From the NCBI GenBank assembly GCA_951406725.2, contig OX597814.1, positions 173,352,001 through 173,416,000 of the forward strand: a DNA stretch of 64,000 bases, given 5' to 3'. Positions 12,949 through 26,799 of the stretch are shown piece by piece (the first letter of the stretch is position 1; each line of letters opens with the position of its first letter). A program made the position numbers and the translations under genes. The notes beneath the pieces are model-generated. The model was not told the origin of the DNA, did no database searches, and worked only from the letters and a program-made list of their open reading frames with translations. The DNA comes from Octopus vulgaris. Taxonomy: Eukaryota.

Positions 12949-13964
12949 TTTGTTTGTCCCCCCAACATCGCTTGACAACCGATGTTGGTGTGTTTACGTC
13001 CCGTAACTTAGCGGTTCGGCAAAAGAGACCGGTAGAATAAGTACTAGGCTTATAAAGAATAAGTCCTGGGGTCGATTTGGTCGACTAAAGGCTGCAGTCA
13101 AAATAACTGAAACAAGTGAAAAAAGCTAGGTTTTGGATATCGAATGGCTGTGGGGGTCCACCAAAATAAAATAGTAATGAAAGTAATCCATAGAAGAACC
13201 ATTGCTCTAATACATTGTTTGTGGGCGGAATATACTCTTCTAAGGAATAATTTTGCCATTGACATCTTATAGTTGAGTACACATTCAGTCGTCATACAGC
13301 TATATGTATTTGTTTGATTCTTTTGTGTATACTAATATTATCTATATGGGATTTTTTTTCGATCTGTATGTTTGTGCCTAAAAACAGGTTTCCTATGGCT
13401 ACAGACAAAAAATCAAAAACTGCATCAGACAAATTAACACGTGACTGCATCGCTATATCCTCCAACTTTGTATATGGAGGACATAAGTCATCGTGCCAGC
13501 TGTTTGCCCAACATCATGACTTCTAACCCAAGAAGGATGTATGTAGACACAGGCACCAGTTTTCTTCATTTTATCGTCTGTTATTGGCAAATTCGTAGCT
13601 GTGGAGATGGAACTTATTTCTCCAAGGCATCGTTTGAATGAAATACGAACCTACTTCAACAAAGAAACACAGGTATTTAACGTGCATATGTATATGTTAT
13701 TGGATGGCCATTGGCGCACAAGATTCCATCTGCCTTTTAGTAGTTCTTATTTCTCGTTCTGAAGGTTATCAGTCACTTTTCTGACAAACCGAGCTTGGAG
13801 AAACTGCTAGTTTCAGTCACTCTTGACGAGAAGTACGCGCTACAACTGATTTACTAATTATATATTAGCAGTAGCGATTTCAAGTGCCCTGATCATATAC
13901 ACACACACAGACATACATATACAAACACACACACACACACGCACACGCACATATAAATATATAT

Positions 13965-14122
13965 ACGACGGGCTTCTTCCATTTTCCATCTACCAAATCC
14001 ACTCACAAGGCTTTGGTCGGCCCGATGCTATAGTAGAAGACACTTTCCCAAGATGCCACGTAGTGGGACTAAACCCGGAACCATGAGCTGGTAAGCAAGC
14101 TACCAAACGGCCACTCCTGCCC
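13965..14122 (-). mobile_element. SINE family A, 5' half
   Basis: ACGACGGGCTTCTT...GGTAAGCAAGCTACC...CCACTCCTGCCC. Confidence 0.85.
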
Positions 14123-14135
14123 CATAATATATACA

Positions 14136-14184
<49 letters not shown>

Positions 14185-14185
<1 letters not shown>

Positions 14186-14605
14186 GGAACAAGAATGCAA
14201 TAGGGGACAATAAAACAACCGGACAGATAGATGATACAAAGGCAGAGAGGAAAAACAACAATTAAAGGAACAGGAAAAGAAAGGATGGATCATTCGTGGC
14301 CTTCTTTCGTCAGTCAAGTTACCAGATGTCCTTACAGTTTCGGACAATGACACTTGAGACTGTTCGATCTGGTTGCCCCCCAAAAAGTCTAAGCTAAGAG
14401 TATTAGAATTTTTGTAAGAAAGCAAGCGAATATGTGCGACAACAGAGACAAAAAACGGAGAACATGGTACACAATTACAAATACAAACAACACTAATATA
14501 ACAACAGGTGTGAGGGCCACGAAAGACACGTCCTTTTCTTTCCTGTCCCTCTAATTGTTGTTTTTCTTAACCACATTTTTATCGTCTATCTGTCCTGTTG
14601 TTCAA
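14185..14605. mobile_element. Fold-back insert next to (TA)n, putative PLE pLTR fragment with inverted partial copy
   Basis: 14215-14303 and 14515-14603 are diverged inverted repeats; related to 24832-25050. Confidence 0.55.
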
Positions 14606-15248
14606 CAGGAGATATCTACCTGACATTCTGGGTCAAGAGAAAGGACAGGGTCATGTTCAACTCCTAAGAGTAATCTTCTAACTGCATTATTCTTCTATGA
14701 ATGTATCTATAAATCAAGATCCTTGCATATAGAAATGAGTTATATTATGTCCCATATACGTACATAGCCTCGCCTCATTGTCTACCAGTTAAGCGGGCGG
14801 GACACACGCTTGATACACACCTAAATGAGGGTACGAAATATTCTTGTAATGGTTATTGGGGTATTATGTACATGTGCATTGGTAGCGTAGCTGGAGGTGA
14901 ACTGGGGATGACCCGATTCGGATGTAATTATGTGAGCGGCACCTTTTGGATTGCTGTATAAATCTGTGTAAGCTTGGCGCCCGGGATGAAAAACTTAAGG
15001 GCTGCCCCGTGCGGCACACAGCCTAGCTATAACACATATGTACATACGTGCGTGTGGTGTGTGCGCGCGCGCGTGGGTATGTAAATATATATGAATGTAT
15101 ACATATATGAATCTATACATATGTGTCTATACACATACATAAATTTGCGTATATATTTCTGTATATATGTATAGGTACGTATACTTGTGTGTGTGTGTTT
15201 GTGTGAGTGTGCGTGTGAGTATGGGTGTCTGAGTGTGTGAGTAAGTGA

Positions 15249-15303
<55 letters not shown>

Positions 15304-15783
15304 CAAAATAAATTTTACTCAAAAGGGAAAAAATTTACGAAAGATAAAAAGAAATTAGTTCTGCGCGATCTGTGACGTAAAGACTAAGGAACGGTGTCAT
15401 TGCACATTAGTTGAAAACAATGTTAATTTAATCAACGTAAACAAATAATATTTAACTATACATCTATAATATAGCCAATAAATACAAGAAAAAATATCCC
15501 CAAATATATAACTAATTCATTAAATTATATATATATTGACAGATAAATTTTAGGGTACTTTTTCTTTTCTCTTCTGAAAACTTTCAAATAAATTATCGTA
15601 TGTTTGTTTTCCTTTCGTCATGTTTTCCCTCTTTTTTTTTCTTTAACAAATAAGAATTGTCTTACTTTCAACAATACTATCTTAATAGGTTAACTGTCTT
15701 TAACGATAGTCTTAAATGAAATCAACTCGAAACCGCACAGTTACAAATTGATGGTTTTAACTGTACAACCACGTCGATGTCTA

Positions 15784-15842
<59 letters not shown>

Positions 15843-15945
15843 TTATCTATCTATCTATCTCTCTCTCTCTATATATATATATATATACACTTACTGGAAA
15901 TGGATGCGTGGCGTTTAATCAAATAATATGAATAATATATATATA

Positions 15946-16021
<76 letters not shown>

Positions 16022-16059
16022 ACATATATATAGATAGATAGATAGATAGATAGATAGAC

Positions 16060-16152
<93 letters not shown>

Positions 16153-16283
16153 CGTTTTAGTCAGGTAAATGGTTATAAGTGTAGCCATAAAAGAATAGAT
16201 GGTTTTTCATCTTAAATTTCAATGGGCTGTTTAGAGAGTTATATCTTTTAATATCACTAAATCAAATATTTTAGGTGCTGACT

Positions 16284-16654
<371 letters not shown>

Positions 16655-16795
16655 AGTGTTTAATAAAATGAAGTTGCATGAAACATGCTTATGTATATAT
16701 ATATGTGTGTGTGTGTGTGCATACAGTGTTTAATAAAATGAAGTAGCATGAAACGATTGTACTACACTACCTTGGATATCTTTGCTGTTTATTTT

Positions 16796-16902
<107 letters not shown>

Positions 16903-17126
16903 TCATGCATATACATATATAACTACAGGAACTTTGGTTGCGGAGAGCGATGTAAAGTTCAACTAGTTTCATCTTTCTTAAGACTCAAGAGGGATCGTTT
17001 AAGTATTCTGGCAGATTTTATGCCTAGCTGCCAAATTTCTTTGATTGATTCACGGGTTAAATTCTTACAACCTAACTAAATGTATGCTTCTAAAACATAT
17101 TGTGTGTGATATACATATAAATCGTG

Positions 17127-17480
17127 GAGGTGCAATGGACCATTGGTTAGGGCAGTGGACTTGCGGTCGTAATATCACGGTTTCGATTCCCAGACCGGGC
17201 GTTGTGAGCGTTTATTGAGCGAAAACACCTTAAGTTCCACGAGGTAGGGGATGGTGGTGAACCCTGATGTACTCTATCACTACAACTTTCTCTCACTCTT
17301 TCTTCCTGTTTCTGTTGTACCTGTATTTCAAAGGGCCAGCCTTGTCACACTCTGTGTCTCGCTGAATAATAGTTCTCCCCGAGAACTATGTTAAGGGTAC
17401 ACGTGTCTGTGGAGTGCTCAGGCTGTTCCGTTGATCGGATCAACTGGAACCCTCGTCGTCGTAACCGACGGAGTACCAAC
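17127..17480 (+). mobile_element. tRNA-derived SINE family C (tail type 1)
   Basis: GGAGGTGCAATGGACC...GTTTCGATTCCCAGACCGGGCG...GTAACCGACGGAGT; colinear with 60507-60892. Confidence 0.9.
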
Positions 17481-17699
17481 AACAACATATAAACCACACA
17501 CTCACGCACTCGATCCCTAGATCTCGGTTAGAAACCAGTTCTTTCTCTATTGCCAAGAAATCTTGAAGTAAAACTGGATAATAACATAAGAAAATTAGTT
17601 ACGCTTGCATACATTTCTTTGTACCAATAAAAACACAATCACATATGTGTGTGCATATGTGTGTATGTATATATGTATCCATGTGTGTATATATAAAGG

Positions 17700-18008
17700 T
17701 TAGAAACCTCCTCCGGTCATGAATGATAATGAGATTGAACCTAGAAAGTTCCCCTCTCAGGTACAAATCTGGGCAAGGTTATTTATGGTAGACCAGTAGT
17801 CACCTATGCATACCAGCCTCTCTTCTCCATGCCACTGATGTTATCCAAGGGAAAGGCATAGGCTGATACAGCTTGGCACTCAGTGAACTGGAGCAACGTG
17901 AAATAAAGTGTCTTGCTCAAGAACACAACACACATCCCGGTCCGGAATCGAACTCGCTACCTCACGATTGTGAGCCAAACCCTCAAGCTACTGAGCCATG
18001 AGCCTTCT
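17700..18008 (-). mobile_element. tRNA-derived SINE family D
   Basis: Reverse complement has TGGCTCAGTAG A box, GAGTTCGATTCC B box and GTGTTCTTGAGCAAGACACTTTA; a short inverted head copy lies at 18057-18103. Confidence 0.8.
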
Positions 18009-18104
18009 CACACGTATGAGCGTCTGGTGTATATATATATATAGAGAGATAGATAGATCATGAGGTAGCGAGTTCGATTCTCAGACGGGGATGGGTGTTG
18101 TGTT

Positions 18105-18155
<51 letters not shown>

Positions 18156-18948
18156 TATGCATACATATATATATATTATATATAAACATAAACATATATA
18201 TATATATATATATATATACATACATACATACATAAGCATATTTATGTATACATAGATATATATATATATATATAGACATTTATGTATATATGCATATATA
18301 TGTACATATATGTATGTATATATATGTACGTATGTGTGTATATATATATATATATATACACGCATTGCATTACGTGTCTATATATATGCAAATATATTTG
18401 CTGCGGTTGTGTGTGTCGGGGGTGCATGCGTGCGTGAATATGTGTGTGTGCGTGCGAGTGTGTGTGTGTATGTGTGTGTATGTGCGCACGCAAATTATAC
18501 ACGTTCGCTCGTAAATTCATCATATAAGATCTGAGAATCCCTTTTTGGTATTGGGCTAAAATACGATACAGCAGTAGAGGGGGACTGCATTTGGATGGCT
18601 CCTCGAATCGGAGATTTAAAGAAACACCAATCAAAGAAAATAATAACGAAACAAAAAAAGCAAAACAACAAAAAACATTGCCGAGATCTTCACACACCAA
18701 ACATTGCACAAGTTTCTTTCTTTCTCATTATTAGAATTCCAACTGGGGTTCTCTTGTTGCTGCTATTCTCACTGATCTTAAGTGGTAAGCTACGGCAGGT
18801 GGAATACTTAAGACATTTTTTTTATATTTCGTATTGTTTTGGTCTTTGTTTTATATTTTTGCTTGTTATTTTCATATTATTTTTTACTTCCTGCTGTTGT
18901 TGTTTTTTTTATGGTGTGGGTGGTGAGGTTCTTGTTGTTATTCTCATG

Positions 18949-18980
<32 letters not shown>

Positions 18981-19095
18981 TTGCTTTTTTATTATAGATG
19001 TGAATGTTGTTATTGATGATGGTGTTGTTGATGTTTCCCCCCACCTACTCACCCAGTTCTTTATCATATAACATTTCGACAAGAAACGAAAACAC

Positions 19096-19128
<33 letters not shown>

Positions 19129-19275
19129 TACACACACATACATACACATGCATAAAAACATACATACAAGCATGTACGCCCAAACATGCAAAGAAACGAA
19201 CTCGTGCATCCGCATACATGCAGGCACACGTACACTCACATACACACACACTCACACACATATACATACATACAC

Positions 19276-19320
<45 letters not shown>

Positions 19321-19650
19321 CATATATATATTTACACACACATACACACATTTTGGGTGCACACAATCACACACATACGCACGTAGACACCCACGCACGC
19401 ACGCACACACATACGCACGCACACATATACTCAGTTACATACATTTATATACATACTATCAGACTAACGCTAATATATAGCCGTACGCTAACACATACAC
19501 ACGTACGTGCATGTAATCACAAAAAGACATACATGCGTACACACTGATCTGCTCAGCGGAATGCTAACATTCACGTACAACCATACGTTGACACACAGGA
19601 ACGCACACAATCACTCACCCACAAACACACACAATGTTACACATAAACAA

Positions 19651-19691
<41 letters not shown>

Positions 19692-20063
19692 TAAGAACAG
19701 AGACAATGTATTCAGACTCGAACATGAAAGAATTAACATATTTCTGTCACAATAGATAGCAAATTGTTTAGATTTCATTACAAGAGATAAAGACCTTGTC
19801 AGTCTTTCGTTTTCCTTTCTTTTCTCCTTCCTTTTTTTTTTTTTTCCTCTCCAATTATTTGTGTGGCTTGGCACCAAGATATGGAGCTCTGCAATTTCTC
19901 AGCCACATCATCAGACACAACATGAACAACGGCAAACAGAAACGGCGAGGAGGACGATGATGTTGACGAGAATGAGAACTACAATGACAGCAACAACGAA
20001 AAGATTTCAGCAATATTAAAGCAAGATCACAACATGAGAACTATTTCATTATTTAACTCACAG

Positions 20064-20103
<40 letters not shown>

Positions 20104-20112
<9 letters not shown>

Positions 20113-20233
20113 ATGCACATACATATACATGCATACATACGTACATAACACACACATAGATATCTATGTGCGTATACGAACACATATGTATAAGTACGTA
20201 TCTACATACACACACATTCACATACTACGCCAG

Positions 20234-20289
<56 letters not shown>

Positions 20290-20420
20290 CTGGCTAGTAT
20301 GTGAATGTGTGTGTATGTAGATACTACTATACATATGTGTTCGTATACGCACATAGATATCTATGTGTGTGTTATGTACGTATGTATGCATGTATATGTA
20401 TGTGCATACACACACATATA
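20104..20420. repeat. About 320-bp imperfect palindrome of low-complexity DNA centred on (TA)n
   Basis: Unique markers are mirrored, e.g. CACATAGATATCTATGTGCGTATACGAACAC / GTGTTCGTATACGCACATAGATATCTATGTG and GCCAGTATATA / TATATACTGGC. Confidence 0.9.
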
Positions 20421-20454
20421 TATATATATATATACAAGCGCGTATAATATACAG

Positions 20455-20487
<33 letters not shown>

Positions 20488-20533
20488 TATATATGTGCAT
20501 GTATATATACATAATAGTGTGTGTTTATATACA

Positions 20534-20590
<57 letters not shown>

Positions 20591-20719
20591 GTGTGTGTAT
20601 ATGTGTATGTATCTATGTATCTATTCAAGACAACTGAAAGGACATTGTGAACAGCGATGTATAACAGCCTACTTTGGCTTGGTTGATACTGTAGTATATA
20701 TATATATATATATACATAT

Positions 20720-22774
20720 ATGAATATACATGTGTATATATATTCCTATATACTCATAAGGAAAATTAAAAGAATCAACGTCATAAGGAAAATTAAAAGA
20801 ATCAACAAAAAGATCAACATGCTGAAATACTGTCAACAGCAACACACCAACCTGACTGCCATCTCGTCGCTAGAGATTAAAAAACATAAACTCCAAAACA
20901 ACATGATGTCTATCATCAATAGTCAGCGAAGAGCTGAAGAAGCCTGGGCCATTGAGAAGATCAAACTCAATCCCAAAGTGTTCTTTTCATTTGCAAAAAA
21001 ACACAGAGTCACTGGTTCTACTGTTGGCCCTCTGATTGATGAAAATGGTATTCTTCAAGACAATGCCAAAACCATGGGAGAAATATTGCAGAAACAATAT
21101 TGCTCTGTTTTCAGCAATCCTGATATGACTGATCTGGGCTGTATCAGTGATGTTACTCCCCAATACACTTTATCGGACATAACATTTGGCGCTCCTGATG
21201 TCTTAGCAGCAATAAAGGAAATGAAACATAATTCAGCAGTAGGTCCCGATAGGTTCCCTGCTTGTGTCTTGAAGATGTGTCAAAACCAACTTGCACCCCC
21301 TCTAGCCAATCTGTGGCGGAACTCATTGGATGCTGGATATATACCAGAAGACCTTCTATCCCAGTCTGTTGTCCCAGTTTTCAAAAAAGGAAACAAATCG
21401 CTTGCCGTGAATTACCGTCCAATCTCACTCACCTCTCATATCATCAAGGTATTTGAGAGGGTGCTGAGATCGCGTATGACTCACTTCCTTGAGAGTCATA
21501 ATATGCTGAACCCCAACCAGCATGGATTCCGTAATGGGAGAGATTGCCTGACGCAGCTACTGCATCATTTTGATGACATTTTGAGAGCCTTGGGAGAGGG
21601 TTCCAACACTGATGTCATCTACCTTGATTTCAGCAAGGCCTTTGACAGGGTTGATCATAAGATCCTTCTGAGAAAGCTGTCCAATATTGGTGTCACTGGA
21701 AAGCTGCTGCAATGGATCAAGTGCTTCCTCTCTAACAGAACCCAACATGTTGTAGTCGAAGGAGTCAAATCCAGCCCAGCCAAAGTCAGCAGTGGTGTCC
21801 CACAAGGCACTGTGTTGGGCCCACTTCTCTTCATCATCTACATAAATGATATTACTGACACCATCAAACACAGCAACATCAGAACCTTCGCTGATGATTC
21901 CAAGCTCCAGAAGGTCATCAATGGCGTGGATGACCGAATAAACCTTCAGTCAGACCTACTAGCTGTTGTCCAATGGGCGGAAAAGAATAACATGTTGCTA
22001 AATGAAGACGAATTCGAACTGATCCACTTTGGAAGGGAGGACGCTCTGAAACTCCCATACTCTCTTCCTTCTGGAGAAATTCTCATGGCATCCAACAACA
22101 TCAGAGACCTGGGAGTAACAGTCGACAACAACATAAGCTGGGCTACACATATAAGCAGCAAAGTTGACATGGCCCGCAGAATGTGTTCCTGGATTCTCAG
22201 AACCTTCCAGTCGAGAGATTCCCACGCTATTATCCTTCTCTTCTCCACTTTTGCCCGACCCCACCTTGAATACTGCTGTCCACTGTGGTCTCCCTACACA
22301 AAACAAAATATTATGAGAATTGAAGCTCCCCAAAGGTCAATCACAAAAAAGATAGATGGCATGTCAGACCTTGACTACTGGGGTAGACTAGAGAAGCTGA
22401 AATTGTATTCACTCCAACGACGCCGTGAACGCTACATTATCTGTATGATGTGGAAAATATTCCATCAGCACTGTCCGAATGATGTTGGCATCACCTTCAA
22501 AATGCATCCAAGGCTTGGACCACGTGCCATCCGTCCACAACAAAAATCTAAATCGCATCACATAACGACAATACGGCACAACTATTTCACCTCAATTGGA
22601 CCCGCTCTCTTCAACATTACACCAGGACACGTCAAAAAAGAAACTGGCCACACAAAATTCAAGAAGTCTTTGGACAAATTCCTTCAAACAGTACCGGACA
22701 AACCATCCACACCCGGATATGTCTCCGCAAACAATAACTCTCTGCTCGAATGGGCCTTGGTGCCCAAATCCTGA
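20720..22774 (+). CDS. Non-LTR reverse transcriptase (LINE ORF2 C-terminal part; no endonuclease; the start codon lies in flanking microsatellite and is not native)
   Basis: [59 protein letters not shown] and [10 protein letters not shown] motifs; no internal stops over 684 aa. Confidence 0.93.
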   Translation: MNIHVYIYSYILIRKIKRINVIRKIKRINKKINMLKYCQQQHTNLTAISSLEIKKHKLQNNMMSIINSQRRAEEAWAIEKIKLNPKVFFSFAKKHRVTGSTVGPLIDENGILQDNAKTMGEILQKQYCSVFSNPDMTDLGCISDVTPQYTLSDITFGAPDVLAAIKEMKHNSAVGPDRFPACVLKMCQNQLAPPLANLWRNSLDAGYIPEDLLSQSVVPVFKKGNKSLAVNYRPISLTSHIIKVFERVLRSRMTHFLESHNMLNPNQHGFRNGRDCLTQLLHHFDDILRALGEGSNTDVIYLDFSKAFDRVDHKILLRKLSNIGVTGKLLQWIKCFLSNRTQHVVVEGVKSSPAKVSSGVPQGTVLGPLLFIIYINDITDTIKHSNIRTFADDSKLQKVINGVDDRINLQSDLLAVVQWAEKNNMLLNEDEFELIHFGREDALKLPYSLPSGEILMASNNIRDLGVTVDNNISWATHISSKVDMARRMCSWILRTFQSRDSHAIILLFSTFARPHLEYCCPLWSPYTKQNIMRIEAPQRSITKKIDGMSDLDYWGRLEKLKLYSLQRRRERYIICMMWKIFHQHCPNDVGITFKMHPRLGPRAIRPQQKSKSHHITTIRHNYFTSIGPALFNITPGHVKKETGHTKFKKSLDKFLQTVPDKPSTPGYVSANNNSLLEWALVPKS

Positions 22775-22861
22775 ACTGAAAGACTTCGCCAGGTGGTGCT
22801 ATTAAGTTAGACATGGCCTGGGCCAATACTGGCCAAAAACCTTTCTAAGTTATTCTAAGTT
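20754..22861 (+). mobile_element. 5'-truncated CR1/L2-group LINE inserted in (TA)n
   Basis: Open RT frame, short 3' UTR with a GGCCA-ATAC-TGGCC hairpin, tandem tail TTCTAAGTTATTCTAAGTT; TA arrays on both sides. Confidence 0.92.
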
Positions 22862-23133
22862 ATATACATATGTATATATATATATATTCATATATATATG
22901 TATATATATATGTATGTATATATGTATGTATATATGTATATATATTATATATATATGTATACATATAAACATGAAAATATATGCGTATATATATACACAT
23001 ATATATATACATGAATATATATATATATATATATATACATATGTATATACATATGTATATTCATATATATATACATATGTATATATATTCATATATATAT
23101 ATACATTTTTGTATATATATATGTATATATATT

Positions 23134-23164
<31 letters not shown>

Positions 23165-23337
23165 GTATATATATGTATATACATATGTATATATATATTC
23201 ATGTATATATATATGTGTATATATATATATACACATGTATTTTCGTATTTATATATATACATATATATATACACACATATATATACGTATATATATATAC
23301 ATATATATACATATATATAATATATATGCATATATAC

Positions 23338-23372
<35 letters not shown>

Positions 23373-23480
23373 CATATATATATACATATATATACATATA
23401 TATATATACATATATATATACACACATATATATACGTATATATATACATATATATACATATATATAATATATATGCATAT

Positions 23481-23525
<45 letters not shown>
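22862..23525. repeat. Degenerate (TA)n array with internal higher-order duplications
   Basis: Direct reading. Confidence 0.95.
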
Positions 23526-23526
<1 letters not shown>

Positions 23527-23599
23527 ACATGCATATACACACAAGCACTCACACACGCATGTATATAATTCAGAATACATAAATACTTCCTATCCAAGC

Positions 23600-23828
23600 G
23601 ATAGGCTCATAAGGCCGGGTTCCTGGATTCGGTGACGTAAATGCCCTCACCGCACCCCACTGGTGCACCCCACTGATCCGTTGCAGTATACTTCGTATGT
23701 GTCAGTTGACCGGACTGAAGTAACGTAAAACGATGCGTTTTACTTAAGAACACAATGTGTCGCCCGATCTCGGAATCGAAACCACAATCTTAAGATCATA
23801 AGTGAAAAACCTCAACTACTATGCCAGG
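23600..23828 (-). mobile_element. Diverged tRNA-derived SINE (C/D-related)
   Basis: GGCTCATAAGGCCGGGTTCC tail as at 39458 and a GGAATCGAAACCAC B-box region. Confidence 0.6.
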
Positions 23829-23946
23829 CTTCAGGATAAAAGCTTACCTATGTATGTGAGTGTACATACATATGTATGTAGACAAATATACATAATCATG
23901 TACACACACACACACACACACACAAATATATATATATATATATATT

Positions 23947-24128
23947 GGCCATGATAGATCGCTAACCACTACACATTATTTTCTCTCCTTTTTTCTTTCT
24001 GTGTTCGTTTCTATGGAAGAACGTAGGCTCGAAACGTGAAAGACTTTTTCACTTCACGAACGTTATACTAACACATCTGTTTGTCGTCTACACCACCTGT
24101 TTTTTTGTTTTTTGTGAATTCTCCCCAT

Positions 24129-24129
<1 letters not shown>
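23947..24129 (+). mobile_element. PLE pLTR-like fragment between (TA)n runs with a degenerate hammerhead
   Basis: TTT-CTATGGA-A-GAAC-GTAG-GCTC-GAAA-CG-TG-AAA (24008-24041) has the same layout as the motif at 43058-43092. Confidence 0.5.
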
Positions 24130-24194
<65 letters not shown>

Positions 24195-24727
24195 GCATGC
24201 ATGAAAATATAAATATTATTAAAATTATATTAATATGCAGCAAAAATAAAGCACCATATAGGTAGAATCTCTAGCAACGATCGTACTTCCTGTATATCTG
24301 CTTTACATATTTATAATTCTACCTATATGGCACTTTATTCTTGCTGGCTATTTATATTATTTATTAATATTCATATTTCTATGCATATTTTTTTCACTGA
24401 TCTTGGTTCTGATTATGACTGGGGCTATTAGCTAAGTACATAGGCAGAGATGTAGTGGATATTTCAAAATTTGGTCGTTCATGGTAGACTCAACTGACGA
24501 TAATCCATCAGATTCGCGCTCATTTTCCTTTATCTGAAGGGTTTGAAACTGCAGTATTGAGTTATCCTTTATTCCTCTAACGGTTTCCGTAGAGGCGAGA
24601 CAGAATTATCTTATATTTATCGCCCGCACACATTTCTGCTTCTAAATATTCAGTGAAGCTCTACATAGTTACGTAAACTTACCGGCTGCTATTTCCAGCA
24701 TTGATCGTATTTCGTGTACACCTGGTT
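24195..24727 (+). mobile_element. PLE pLTR-like insert in (TA)n with 5' inverted segment and hammerhead
   Basis: Inverted repeat 24198-24268 / 24316-24385; hammerhead motif inside; TA arrays at both ends. Confidence 0.65.
24488..24562 (+). ncRNA. Type I hammerhead ribozyme-like motif
   Basis: Stem I ACTCAA/TTGAGT; core CTGACGA (24494-24500); stem II AATCC.TCAGAT/ATCTGA.GGGTT; GAAA (24545-24548); palindromic stem III ACTGCAGT; cleavage triplet GTA; base of stem II is U-U rather than G-C. Confidence 0.75.
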
Positions 24728-24773
24728 TATATATATATATATATATATAAGAGAACAAAGTGTACATACGCCG

Positions 24774-24831
<58 letters not shown>

Positions 24832-24834
<3 letters not shown>

Positions 24835-25050
24835 AAAATGGGACAAGAACTCAAAACATCCGGACAACTAAGTGATACAAAAATGGACAACGAAACACCC
24901 AGACAGACGATACCAAAAAGAAAAACAAGGACGGGTCATTCGAAGTCTTCTATCCTCAGTCAAGAACCGGATCATCCTCGCAATTTCAGCTGATTAATCA
25001 GCCGAAATTGCGAGGATGATCCGGTTCTTGCGTTGTTGTCCCATTTTGTA
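24832..25050. mobile_element. Fold-back insert with a zero-spacer hairpin of 35-bp arms
   Basis: 24961-24995 versus 24996-25030 (1 mismatch); outer ends AAAATGGGACAA / TTGTCCCATTTT. Confidence 0.85.
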
Positions 25051-26799
25051 TTTTATATATATATACATACATACATACATACATTCACACATACATACAT
25101 ATATACACACACACACACATATACATACATACACACACACATACATACATACATACATACATACATACATACATACATACATACATACATACATACATAC
25201 ACGCACGCACGCACGCATGCATGTATGTATGTATGTATGTATGTATGTATGTATGTATGTATGTATGTATGCATGTATGTATATATGCATGCGTACACAC
25301 ACGAGATTATACTTTAAAAGCATCTTAAATCTGAAAAACTGTTGATTGTTTGAGATTATCTTATTTAGAGTCGTTTACTGTTGCCCGTTGATGCTTGTTT
25401 AATTTCTCTCGAACTAAAAATTATTTCAGGGAAATTTTCAACAAATCAATAATTTCTTTTGCATGGTATTCATTATATTTTTCTTTTGTTCTTCTATTCC
25501 TTGTTCTTATTTAAAATTCATGCCAAAGATATTCGTATTCTGTTTTCATGATGTTTGCCTAGATTATTGTATATTAAATACTTCAAACAGATTGGATAAA
25601 TCGAAAATGGCTGATAAATTCATAACCTTCTATAAACCTCACTCTCTAACCTTACAACCCTGTGTAATTTGAGCGTGATGTGGAAGTTAGCTGGCTGAGC
25701 AACCACGTACAATCTCCTTCGTTAGTTTATCTACTCGAGAAGCATTTTCAAGTATGAAAATGTTTGTAATAACATTTTGGTTATGTTGATAATGCTGAAA
25801 AGGATGTAGTGTTTTCTATAACGGCCGATAACAAGATAGTGAATAATTCTTCCTCTGCCTAACTGTTGGTGAATAATGCAGAAGAAGAGAGAAAGAGAAT
25901 GAAACAGGCTCACACACACACTTACACACTTACACTCAGACAGATAGACAGACACACAGTCACAGAATGGGAGTGAGTGAAAGACCTGGCGGGGACACGC
26001 CAAAACTACAACGTTTCAAAGTTTGCAAGTAGTGAGATCGAATCCATTCTTCTTTCTTACACGGTAATGAATCGATAAATGAATGGATAAATAAATAAAT
26101 GAATGACAGAATGAATTAATAATCGAACAACTGATCAAAAACTGAATCAAACCAAATAAGTGGACCACGGCAAGAAAACTGACCTGAAGATATTGAAGTA
26201 ATTAAGTCGACTAGCATGGAAGGAATTTTGAAACAATGAATCATCGCAACTTGTTGGATCATTAAACATTTGTCGGGAAGTATAGAGAAGAAAAGAAGTG
26301 AGAAACTGAAGCCTAGAAGTACTAGAGACATTAAGCGAAGCGATATCAGTTGGAACCAACTTCGGTGGTCGTTGAAGCTTATATGAAACCATTGAAACTG
26401 TGAACTAATTGACCGTATAAAATTGCTGCATTAAACATTCAAAGATTACAGCATATTTAGAAAGGAAATATCACCTCCCATCACACCACTACACCACTAT
26501 TACCATTTCCAACACTACCACCATGACCACCATCCTCACCACCGCCACAACCTGCACTATTTCAAACGACACTACCGCCATCGCCACCAAACCCTCAATA
26601 AAATGTTTGATAGCTGAAGCAGTTCCATTCGTTCATTATATACGATTGCCGTTAAGGTCATGTGTCTAAAGAGTCGCACTAGCTGAATGAATAAATGTAT
26701 TGACTTCTGAACTCTTGAGGTTGTATGTTAACAGCCTATCAATGGCCTCAATGGTGATTTGCAGTGTATTTAGACAAGATTTTGATATCCTTCCTCTCT

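Larger units (their letters stand above)
10627..13122 (+). mobile_element. SINE family A interrupted in its tRNA head
   Basis: Head at 10627-10664; sequence resumes at 12750 and continues through B box, internal (TG)n and tail to about 13122. Confidence 0.9.
10394..13204. mobile_element. hAT-type MITE split by nested insertions
   Basis: Termini CAGTGTTTCT (10394) and AGAACCATTG (13204) are imperfect TIRs; flanks CTCTAATG (10386-10393) and CTCTAATA (13205-13212) form an 8-bp TSD with 7/8 identity. Confidence 0.75.

Noticed and set aside
16955-17010. Minus-strand GAAA-CTAG-TT with an ATC..GAT stem
   Set aside because: Upstream core reads CTTAAACGA and stem I is not evident; too degenerate to call
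20720-22774. Functional autonomous LINE or domesticated RT gene
   Set aside because: Lacks ORF1 and endonuclease; the ATG lies in flanking microsatellite; typical 5'-truncated copy
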